Positions 11,624 to 20,051 of a DNA stretch of 64,000 bases are shown piece by piece (within the stretch, counting starts at the first letter, position 1; every line of letters begins with the position of its first letter). The notes under the pieces are model-generated. The model worked only from the letters and a program-made list of their open reading frames with translations, ran no database searches and was not told the DNA's origin. The position numbers and the translations under genes were made by a program. The stretch lies in the sequence record SRR20825019_647. One strand, 5' to 3'.

Positions 11624-12704
11624 AGAGCCCTGCTTTACTGTAGCGGGTGATGAATCGTGCGGTGTGAGGTCGACCGTCATGTCCCTGCCAGCTCGATATC
11701 AACGTGATTTGCTTCATATCGCTTTTCACATCCGTGATCACACGTTTGCAGGTCAGCGCAGTGCGGCCAGAGCTGGCGGTGTCGTCGGTCGCCACAGTGG
11801 TCACGCCGGAGTTCTGAAGTGCGGTAAGCTGTGACCAGTTCTTCAACCGAAGTCTTTCCATCTCACTTTGCATGAACTGGGACGAATAGGAATAGTTGCG
11901 CGCGTTATCCACGGCGTTGAACCCCTGCTGAAGGGTGGTGATGGCAGTCATGATACCCAGCGCTAAAACAAAAGTAGCCACCATGACTTCGACTAGACTG
12001 AACCCTCGGTTCGAAGATGGCTTGGGCGGTTCATCGAAGCCTTTCCCTTGCCGGTGGTTTTGCACATAAATCGCGGCGGCCTGCGCGCGGCGTTTTACCT
12101 GCAGTTTTTCGAATACCCGAATGAGATAATTCTTAACGGTATTCTCACTGAGACCCAATTCGGTTCCGATTTGTTTGTTGGTCAGCCCCCGGGAAACTTC
12201 TGCGAGGACGCGTGCTTCCTGGTGTGAAAGCACCGACAATACACCTCCGGATCCGGCATTCTCGGAACCATTTCGAATAAAATTGAGGACTCTTTCAGTG
12301 GCATCCGGGGCGAGGATGGATTTGCCGGCATACACCTCTTTGATGGCGGAAATCAACCCCTCGGGGTCGATTTCCTTCATGAGGTATCCATGGACACCTG
12401 CGGAGACTGCTTCATAGACGAAACTGTCGCTGGAATGCGAAGTAAGGATGATGATGCGCGTTTGAGGCTGGCGCTTAAGGATTTCCTTGCAGGCGACAAA
12501 TCCGTGGCCATCAGGTAGTCGGATATCGAGCAGCACGACATCGGGTTGATGGGCATCGCAGGCGGCAATCGCTTCAGCATTGGTTTCAGCCTCAGCGACG
12601 ACGTGGATCGTTGGGGTCGTGCAGGTTTTGAGGAGGTTGCAAATACCTGATCTGACCAAAGCGCTGTCTTCGACAACCAGGAGGCGGATGGGGCTGTTAT
12701 TCAT
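11598..12704 (-). CDS. NarL/LuxR-family response regulator fused to a C-terminal PilV-like type IV prepilin
   Basis: REC (VVED, D60 in LLDIRLPD, T88, K110), LuxR HTH (GLTNKQIG.ELGLSENTVKNY), then NRG234|F235SLVEVMVATFVLALG and a pilin body homologous to 9034-9498; no stop between domains. Confidence 0.8.
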   Translation of the reverse strand: MNNSPIRLLVVEDSALVRSGICNLLKTCTTPTIHVVAEAETNAEAIAACDAHQPDVVLLDIRLPDGHGFVACKEILKRQPQTRIIILTSHSSDSFVYEAVSAGVHGYLMKEIDPEGLISAIKEVYAGKSILAPDATERVLNFIRNGSENAGSGGVLSVLSHQEARVLAEVSRGLTNKQIGTELGLSENTVKNYLIRVFEKLQVKRRAQAAAIYVQNHRQGKGFDEPPKPSSNRGFSLVEVMVATFVLALGIMTAITTLQQGFNAVDNARNYSYSSQFMQSEMERLRLKNWSQLTALQNSGVTTVATDDTASSGRTALTCKRVITDVKSDMKQITLISSWQGHDGRPHTARFITRYSKAGLYDYLYTAH

Positions 12705-14236
12705 GAGCGATGGAGGAGATGATGTTCGAAAGTGAGTTTGAGATGAGTCCCTGCGCCGGGGTGGGAATCCACGCTGAAAGTGGCCCCAAGATCGTGTGCC
12801 CGGCTAGCCAAATTTTCCATTCCGTGTCCATGAGGAGACTGCGTTCCGTTGGGCGAAAATCCGTGACCATTATCTTTAAAATGAAATTCCACATAGGAAC
12901 CATTGGCCACGAGCTGGGCGGATACTTCCGTGGCTTCACCATGACGGATCGCATTGCTGAGGGCTTCCCGGGTGATTTGAAGCACATGGGCGCGCTGAGA
13001 AATGGAGAGTGAGCGCGCGAGGTCCTCGTCGATTTCGCACTTGGTATTCAATCGGTTTCCGGTCTCTGCAAAATTAAGCAGATTGGTGACCGCCAATGTG
13101 AAGGAAGGTTGTTTCAGTGCCTCGGCCTCGAGACCGGAAATGAAATTGCGTAGATCGAGAATCGACTCGTTCAGCGTTGTTCGACACTGGTCGATGCTTT
13201 TTTTGTTGGAGGAATCATCGGGGGGCAATCGCGTTTGGATCGTGGCCAAGGCCATCCCCGTGGCGTAGAGAGATTGGATCACCCCATCGTGGAGGTTGCG
13301 TCCCAAACGGGTTCGTTCATCGAGCGCGGATTGGAGCTGGGATTCACTGCGTCGGAGTGCGTCGCTCTGAAGGGCGGAGCCCTCGATCAATCTGGCGAGG
13401 TGGCCGATTTCGTCGGAACGTTTTAGATAGGGAGCGACGGGTGTTATGTTCTCAGTGATCAGACTGGTCTTGATGTGGTTGAGTGGTGTGATCACCCAGC
13501 GGTGCAAACTCAGCGCAATGACCGTGATGAGAATCACTCCGAATCCGAGGAATAGTGAGGTGGGGGCTTTGGCGATTGCCCATTGTGCCGCATGGTCGGG
13601 CAAGGTTCCCGTGAGCGTTAAGTCTTTAAGCGTTTGTCCCCGCCAATCCTTGAGCACGGTTGAAATTTGAAAGTGCTCAGGAGGGGGATCACGGTGATTC
13701 GATGGTTTTACCAGAGCTAGTTTTCCCCCCATCAGAGAACCGAGCTTTTGCAGAAGGGCGTTGTCCCATTTTCGCACCAGAAAAAGCCAACCTTCCGAGG
13801 ACTCAATCCGCGCGAAACTTGCCTGATAAAATTCCTGCTCCTCGATGAAGTAGAACCAGCCACCCTTCTGTCTCAACGCGTGAGTCAGAAAATCGGGTGA
13901 TTTGAAGAGACCGATTTGAGAGGGACGAATCGTGCCTTCTTGGTGATCGATCAGATCTCCTTCAGTGGTGAGCTCCCCAATCGATTGCGTGGATGTTAAG
14001 GAAGAAAGATCAAGTGCTCCCTGACTCCGGCTGGAAGCTAAGTCACGGGTCTGTTCGAACAAGGATTGAGCGTCTACGTGGAGCCAATGCTTCAGAAGGG
14101 TCGTTTGGTCTGTGAGGTATTGGGCTTTCTCCTGCTTGTGGGCCTGTTTTTCCAGTGCACTGAGATAGATCAGAACCACACCAAGACCCAGCATCAGTCC
14201 GACGAGGATTAGGATGAATCGTTTCGTAATGCTCAT
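12701..14236 (-). CDS. Membrane sensor histidine kinase (HisKA_3 type), degenerate CHASE4-like periplasmic domain
   Basis: Two TM helices, ERTRLGRNLHDGVIQ H-box, EALSNAIRHG N-box, DNGHGF, GHGMENL; ATGA overlap with the fused regulator. Confidence 0.9.
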   Translation of the reverse strand: MSITKRFILILVGLMLGLGVVLIYLSALEKQAHKQEKAQYLTDQTTLLKHWLHVDAQSLFEQTRDLASSRSQGALDLSSLTSTQSIGELTTEGDLIDHQEGTIRPSQIGLFKSPDFLTHALRQKGGWFYFIEEQEFYQASFARIESSEGWLFLVRKWDNALLQKLGSLMGGKLALVKPSNHRDPPPEHFQISTVLKDWRGQTLKDLTLTGTLPDHAAQWAIAKAPTSLFLGFGVILITVIALSLHRWVITPLNHIKTSLITENITPVAPYLKRSDEIGHLARLIEGSALQSDALRRSESQLQSALDERTRLGRNLHDGVIQSLYATGMALATIQTRLPPDDSSNKKSIDQCRTTLNESILDLRNFISGLEAEALKQPSFTLAVTNLLNFAETGNRLNTKCEIDEDLARSLSISQRAHVLQITREALSNAIRHGEATEVSAQLVANGSYVEFHFKDNGHGFSPNGTQSPHGHGMENLASRAHDLGATFSVDSHPGAGTHLKLTFEHHLLHRS

Positions 14237-14355
14237 TGGCCACTAGAAAGGGGGTGCACATTGATATGCTCGGTCAGTATGCAATTAGTGGCCGATGATT
14301 GAGAGAATTCCATAGGTAGCGAAGACCTAAGGTATCGTGAAACAGCCTATTGGGG

Positions 14356-14410
14356 TAGAGGCGATAGGGCCTTTTAAACAGGCCTAGTCGCGTAGCCTAA
14401 ATAGGCCTAT
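14356..14410. promoter_or_regulatory. Candidate operator upstream of the second kinase operon
   Basis: TAGAGGCG-N15-CAGGCCTAGT plus further TAGCCTA/TAGGCCTA units; matches 9533-9564. Confidence 0.4.
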
Positions 14411-15074
14411 CCTGCTGTTGATTGACCTGAACGTAGAGGGCGGCTGCTTGTGAGCGGCGTTTGACGTTCAGTTTCTCAAAAACACTGACCAAATAATTTT
14501 TGACCGTGTTTTCGCTCAGTTTCAGACGCTCACCGACTTCCTTGTTGGTCAGTCCTTCGGCGACGAGTGCCAACACGCGACTTTCCTGATTGGAGAGTGC
14601 AGAGAGCTCATTGGGAACGGATTTTCCATCACCGCTCCGGATCATGCGGAGCACCCGGGAGGTGACGTCGCTGGTGAGCACGGATTTACCGGCGGACGCA
14701 TCGGTGATCGCTTTGACGAGACCGGTCGGATCGATCTCTTTCATCAGGTATCCCTGGGCTCCGGCGATGACAGCATCGTAAACGAGATTGTCATTCGTAA
14801 ACGAGGTAAGGATGAGCACGCGGGTGCCCGGGAATTCGCCGAGAATGGTGCGACAGGCATCAAGCCCGGAACCATCGGGCAGTCGAATATCGAGGAGCAC
14901 CACATCGGGCTTCAGCTCGCGCATCGCCCGCATGGCGGCCCGGATGCTTTCGGCTTCCCCGACGACTTCGACGGCGCCTTCGCTTTCGGAGGTGATCACA
15001 GAACGCACTCCTTGTCGCACCAAAGTGCTGTCATCAACCAGAAGGACGCGGATAGTGGCGGTGGGGGACATCAT
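14397..15074 (-). CDS. NarL/LuxR-family response regulator (stand-alone paralog)
   Basis: LLVDD, LLDIRLPD, YLMKEIDP, GLTNKEVGERLKLSENTVKNY. Confidence 0.93.
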   Translation of the reverse strand: MMSPTATIRVLLVDDSTLVRQGVRSVITSESEGAVEVVGEAESIRAAMRAMRELKPDVVLLDIRLPDGSGLDACRTILGEFPGTRVLILTSFTNDNLVYDAVIAGAQGYLMKEIDPTGLVKAITDASAGKSVLTSDVTSRVLRMIRSGDGKSVPNELSALSNQESRVLALVAEGLTNKEVGERLKLSENTVKNYLVSVFEKLNVKRRSQAAALYVQVNQQQDRPI

Positions 15075-16666
15075 GAAGCGGGAAAGTCGGGGAGAAGGAA
15101 GACGATACGGGCACCCTGATTGGGCTGACTGATGATGTCGAGTGCGGCGTCAAGTTCCTGGGCTCTTTCGTGAAAATTATGAATCCCGAGACCAGTGGTG
15201 GTCATATGCTTGGGATCGAAGCCGATCCCGTCGTCGGCGATTTCGAGCCGGATCAAGCGGGATTCCTTCTTGAAAGTTACGGTGAGATTCCGGCATTGAC
15301 TATGGCGGATCGCATTACTGCTGGCCTCACGAATGATTTGCAGCAGATCGGCGCGAATTTCGACGGGAATTTGCGCGGCGAGTGCCGAGTCAATCCTGGT
15401 GCTAAAGGCGACTTCCTGCCCGCCTTGCATAAATTCCAAGAGAGAAGTGACGGCTTCTTCAAAGCTGAGTGAAACCGGGTTTTCCGGTTCCAAGCGCGAA
15501 ATAAAATGCCGCACGTCGCGGATCGTGGCATTGAGCTCGCTGCGTGTCTGATCGATGAGTTCTTCGGCGGCCTGGGGATTTTGCCGTATGTTTCGACGGA
15601 TACTCGTCATCATCATCCCGGCTGCATATAAGGTTTGGATCACGCCATCGTGAAGATCGCGTCCGAGCCGGGCCCGCTCATCAAGCGATTCGGTGAGTTT
15701 GCCTCGATCACCGAAGGATTGTCGAATGAGCCGCGCGATCTGGCCAAACTCAGCTTTTTCTTCGAGCAGATATTCGACGGGTTTAATGGAGCGCAGGGAG
15801 AGACTCGATTTGATTCTGGAAAGCGGCCGCAGCACCCAATGTTGAGCGAAAACGATCACGATCAGGATGACCAGAAAACCATAGGTGAGAAAAATCAGCA
15901 TTTCCCAATCATCGGTTTGGCTCAGCAGGGCCAATTCATCGGAAGAGTAGTGAGCATCCAGGGTGCGCACGGGGTGCCCATTGATATCGGGTAAGTCCCG
16001 GTGCATATGAAAGTTGTTCCCGTTTTCATCAGGGTGACGGTGGAGGCTGGGGTCAAAAGAGATGTGGCTGTCGGTGAGAGCAGAAAGTTGCTCGAGGAAG
16101 GCCGTATCCCACTTACGTCCGATCAGGAGGTAGCCTTTGGGCACTGAATCGGGAGTTAACCCACTGGAATATTCGACCCAGCTTCCTCGTATTTCGTAGA
16201 GGTCGCCCTCAATTTCGTAAAAAAAGTGCAGGTGCTGCTTCTCGCGAAACGGTGCTTTCACCAGTTCAAAGGGAATGGCGCGCGGAGGGATTCCTTCGAA
16301 GAAATTCTCGTGATCCAGACTGTAGTAAAGCTGGCCATCCGGGCGGTAGAGCCAGGCCGCCTGGGTATTAAAGACCTCAAGCGCGGAGTGGAGATTATCC
16401 TCGACCCACTGCAGATCAGGTGAGTCGGCTTCCAGAAAATCGACCACCTCGGTCCATTGCGCATACTCGAAAATCAGCTGACTCATGGATTCACCTTTGA
16501 GCTGATTCATGCGATCAAGCAGGGCGGATCGTTGCTGGCGGACTTGCTCAAACACTTGGGTGGTTTCGTGCTTTTCGTAGGTCCTGAGGGTGAAAATACC
16601 CAACCCCAGGCCTCCGCACAGCAGGACAAATAAGGAAAAAAGGATCAGGCGGGTTTTACGTGACAT
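15071..16666 (-). CDS. Membrane sensor histidine kinase (HisKA_3 type) with CHASE4-like domain
   Basis: Two TM helices, EYAQWTEVVDF CHASE4-like motif, ERARLGRDLHDGVIQ, EASSNAIRHS, DDGIGF; ATGA overlap with its regulator. Confidence 0.9.
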   Translation of the reverse strand: MSRKTRLILFSLFVLLCGGLGLGIFTLRTYEKHETTQVFEQVRQQRSALLDRMNQLKGESMSQLIFEYAQWTEVVDFLEADSPDLQWVEDNLHSALEVFNTQAAWLYRPDGQLYYSLDHENFFEGIPPRAIPFELVKAPFREKQHLHFFYEIEGDLYEIRGSWVEYSSGLTPDSVPKGYLLIGRKWDTAFLEQLSALTDSHISFDPSLHRHPDENGNNFHMHRDLPDINGHPVRTLDAHYSSDELALLSQTDDWEMLIFLTYGFLVILIVIVFAQHWVLRPLSRIKSSLSLRSIKPVEYLLEEKAEFGQIARLIRQSFGDRGKLTESLDERARLGRDLHDGVIQTLYAAGMMMTSIRRNIRQNPQAAEELIDQTRSELNATIRDVRHFISRLEPENPVSLSFEEAVTSLLEFMQGGQEVAFSTRIDSALAAQIPVEIRADLLQIIREASSNAIRHSQCRNLTVTFKKESRLIRLEIADDGIGFDPKHMTTTGLGIHNFHERAQELDAALDIISQPNQGARIVFLLPDFPAS

Positions 16667-16799
16667 CAGCGGGTAGATGCAGCGAATCGGACGGCAATGA
16701 CCCTGGCAAAGCGAAATTCCGACCGGGAGTTTCGAGAAATAACCGTTGACTCAGGGGCCAGGGTTTGAGTTTTTGTCCGACCTTTAACTTTATCTGACT

Positions 16800-17060
16800 A
16801 TGGCCAATACGAAATCTGCCATCAAAGCCGCTCGCAAGACCGTGCGTTTGACCGCCCGCAACAAAATTACCAAGACCCGTCTGAAGACTTTGAACAAGAA
16901 GTTGACGACAGCAGCTCAGGGTGAAGATGCCTCGGCTATCCAATCCGCTGCCTCGGCCTACACTTCGGCGATGGATCGCGCTGTGAAATCCGGCATCGTG
17001 CACAAGAATGCCGCCAGCCGCGCCAAATCGAAGGCCGCGAAAAAAGTAGCTGCCAAGTAA
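16800..17060 (+). CDS. rpsT: 30S ribosomal protein S20
   Basis: MANTKSAIKAARK...GIVHKNAASRAKSK. Confidence 0.97.
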   Translation: MANTKSAIKAARKTVRLTARNKITKTRLKTLNKKLTTAAQGEDASAIQSAASAYTSAMDRAVKSGIVHKNAASRAKSKAAKKVAAK

Positions 17061-17084
17061 TTTTCGTTTAACCGGAAGGAATCG

Positions 17085-17119
17085 AAGCCCGCGCGATTAA
17101 CGTGCGGGCTTTTTGTTTT
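17085..17119 (+). terminator. Rho-independent terminator after rpsT
   Basis: AAGCCCGCGCG-attaa-CGTGCGGGCTT followed by T-tract. Confidence 0.85.
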
Positions 17120-17228
17120 GAGGGATGGCGCCGTGCCTGGCCGGCTCCGTGGCAGTGACTGATTCCATTCCGGATGATAGATTGCGCCTCGTAATGCCGG
17201 GGATCTCTTGCTGTTGTTGGCACCTCCT

Positions 17229-20051
17229 ATGTTGTCCGAGCCAACTGGTATCAGCCGCCAATTTCTGCCGTGGGACCGACCCTTACTCCCGCAGGCGGTA
17301 GCTTATCTCGCGGCTGATTGGCAGGGCGGTTCGGCACTCGATCTTTCGTCATGGTTGGTGCTCGTGCCGACGCGACAATCCGGTCGGCGATTGCGCGAAG
17401 CTTTGGCGGGCTATGCCGCGGAAAAGGAACAAGCGGTCTTCCCCCCACAAGTCGTTTCGCTGGACGCGCTCATTTCCGATGACGCCTCGGCGGAGGTGGC
17501 TTCACGCGTGGAATCGTTGTTAGCGTGGGCGGCGGTTTTTCGGGAAATTGATCTCGAGGCGTTTCGCGCGGTTTTCCCCGTGGATCCTCCGGATCGGGAT
17601 TTTGGCTGGGGGCTGCGTTTGGCGCGGGAATTTATCGGACTCCAAACCACCTTGGCAGAAGTCGGGCTGCAAATGGGAGATGTGCCGGACAAGGTGGCTG
17701 CATCGTTTCCGGAGAGGGAGCGATGGCGGCAAATTGGATATTTATTCCGGCTCTATGCAGAGAAATTGTCCCGTCAAAATCTGCGCGACGCACAAGCGGA
17801 TCGCATCGCCCGAGTGCAAACGGCGGAGTTGCCTTCGGGGATTGATCGAATTGTCATGCTGGCGGTTCCCGATCCTCGGCCGGTGGCTTTGACTGTGCTG
17901 GCGCGTCATGCGAAGAAGGTGCCGGTTGAAGTGCTGATCTATGCTCCGGAAAAGGAGGCGGAGGCATTCGATGAATGGGGGCGTCCGCAGACAGAGGTAT
18001 GGGCCCAACGAATCCTCCAGTTGGATAATTTCGAAGAACACGTGCGGCTCTGTGCGAATCCCCAGGATCAGGTTTCCCGGGTGCTGGAGGTGGCGCATGG
18101 TTACGAAAATGAAACCGGGGTGCTGGGAATCGGAGTGATCGATCAGGAAATTTTTCCGTTGCTCGAAAGTGACCTCAGGGCGGCCGGCTTGAAGGGCTAT
18201 AATCCGGAAGGACGTAGCCGACAGGGTGATTTTTTGGGTCAGCTGCTGAGTGCGCTCGCGACATTGGCAGGTGAGGACACGTTTTCCGCCGTAATTGAAT
18301 TGGCACGTCATCCGGCGATGTTGGCGTATTTGCGGATTCGCTGCGGAGCGGAGTTTTCGGCCACGGATTTTCTGAAAAACTTGGATCGTTTGCACGCGGA
18401 TCATCTGCCGCCGAATTTGCCGGAAGCGAACCGGCATTGGCGTGGAGGAGACGAGTTGAAAGTGATCTACGAATTGCGTGAACGGCTCACGAAGGAGCCA
18501 TTCCCTGCCAACGTGGTCGGTGCATTGACGGAGGTTTTTAAAGCGCGTCGATTTGAGATGGAGCGCGACGCCGATGCCGCTTTGGCAGAGGCGGCGGAAG
18601 CCTGGACGGGAATCGTTGGCGAATTGGCCCTCGCCTCGAAAAAGTTCAGCGAGTTATCTCCGGCGGACGGTTGGGAACTCGGCTTGCGTCTTTATGGTGA
18701 GAGTGTGGCGTTTGAGGAAAAGCCGGTGCATGCGTTGGAATTGCAGGGCTGGTTGGAAATGGTGTGGGAAGACGCGCCCCATTTGATCGTGGCGGGATTG
18801 AATGACGGGAAAGTGCCTGCAGCGGTGGTGGGCGATCCGTTTTTGCCGGAGGGACTGCGTGAACAGCTCGGGCTGAAAACTAATGCGGTGCGATTTGCCT
18901 GCGATGCGTATTATTTACAGGCAATCGTGGCTTCCCGGGCGAAGGAAGGCCGGATCGATTTGCTCTTGGGGAAAACTTCCATGGCGGGCGATCCGTTGAA
19001 ACCGTCGCGACTGCTGTTGCGTTGTGAGGATGAGGAACTGCCGCGCCGGATTGAATATCTCTTTCGGGACGTGTCGCCCCAAGGTGCGAATTTGGCGTGG
19101 AGGCGGACGTGGAAATTGCAACCGCCGCAGATCGAAGTGCCCACCCGGATCGCCGTGACGGCGCTGAGAACCTGGCTGGATTGTCCGTTTCGCTTTTATC
19201 TTTCCCGAGTGTTGCGGATGGATACGGTTGATCCGGCGAAAAGCGAATTGGATGCGATGGATTTCGGCACGTTGTGTCACGCGGCCCTCGAAGATATGGG
19301 CAACGAAATGGCACTGCGCGATTGCACGGATGCATCGGTGCTGCGCGAGTTTTTGCTCGCGGCACTGGATCGGGCCGCGGCGAAACGCTATGGGCGGCAA
19401 CTCTCATTGCCCCTGGTGGTGCAAATGGAATCGGCCCGCCAACGATTGGCTTATGCAGCCGGTGTGCAGGCGCAGCAACGTGCAGAAGGTTGGGTGATCC
19501 AGCGTGTGGAATCGAAATTTGAAGTGTCGGTCAACGGCCTGACGATCAGTGGGAAAATCGACCGGATCGATCGTCACGAGGAGACCGGGGCGATTCGGGT
19601 GATCGATTACAAAACTTCGGATGCCCCGGTGAATCCCGAAACGGCCCATTTGCGAAATGTCGGGAGCGAAGAAAAGGCGGCGTGGGCAGTGGTGGAAGTG
19701 GCTGGGAAACCACGGGAATGGGTTGATTTGCAATTGCCACTCTACGAACGCGCGGTGGCGGCGGATTATCCGAATACCGAAATCACCTGTGGTTATTTCA
19801 ATCTTCCGAAGGCCGCGACGGAAACGAATCTCGAGTTTTGGGCGGACTACTCGCACGACTTGGCCGCCTCTGCCTGGGCATGTGTGGAGGGCGTGACCGC
19901 CGCGATCGTCGCGCGGAAATTTTGGCCGCCCCGCGAGCTCACTGGTCGCGATGTCGAATGGGATGATTTCAGCACACTCTTTCATCACGGCGCCGCGGAG
20001 AGCGTGGTCTTTGAAAAGAAAACGACAGCGGAAACGGAGGTGGCGAAATGA
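17229..20051 (+). CDS. addB: AddB/RexB-like inactive helicase with PD-(D/E)XK nuclease domain
   Basis: LVPTRQSGRRL, CPFRFY, FGTLCH, SGKIDRID..IDYKTS, QLPLY; ATGA-coupled to the AddA-like gene; start 17229 or 17208. Confidence 0.75.
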   Translation: MLSEPTGISRQFLPWDRPLLPQAVAYLAADWQGGSALDLSSWLVLVPTRQSGRRLREALAGYAAEKEQAVFPPQVVSLDALISDDASAEVASRVESLLAWAAVFREIDLEAFRAVFPVDPPDRDFGWGLRLAREFIGLQTTLAEVGLQMGDVPDKVAASFPERERWRQIGYLFRLYAEKLSRQNLRDAQADRIARVQTAELPSGIDRIVMLAVPDPRPVALTVLARHAKKVPVEVLIYAPEKEAEAFDEWGRPQTEVWAQRILQLDNFEEHVRLCANPQDQVSRVLEVAHGYENETGVLGIGVIDQEIFPLLESDLRAAGLKGYNPEGRSRQGDFLGQLLSALATLAGEDTFSAVIELARHPAMLAYLRIRCGAEFSATDFLKNLDRLHADHLPPNLPEANRHWRGGDELKVIYELRERLTKEPFPANVVGALTEVFKARRFEMERDADAALAEAAEAWTGIVGELALASKKFSELSPADGWELGLRLYGESVAFEEKPVHALELQGWLEMVWEDAPHLIVAGLNDGKVPAAVVGDPFLPEGLREQLGLKTNAVRFACDAYYLQAIVASRAKEGRIDLLLGKTSMAGDPLKPSRLLLRCEDEELPRRIEYLFRDVSPQGANLAWRRTWKLQPPQIEVPTRIAVTALRTWLDCPFRFYLSRVLRMDTVDPAKSELDAMDFGTLCHAALEDMGNEMALRDCTDASVLREFLLAALDRAAAKRYGRQLSLPLVVQMESARQRLAYAAGVQAQQRAEGWVIQRVESKFEVSVNGLTISGKIDRIDRHEETGAIRVIDYKTSDAPVNPETAHLRNVGSEEKAAWAVVEVAGKPREWVDLQLPLYERAVAADYPNTEITCGYFNLPKAATETNLEFWADYSHDLAASAWACVEGVTAAIVARKFWPPRELTGRDVEWDDFSTLFHHGAAESVVFEKKTTAETEVAK

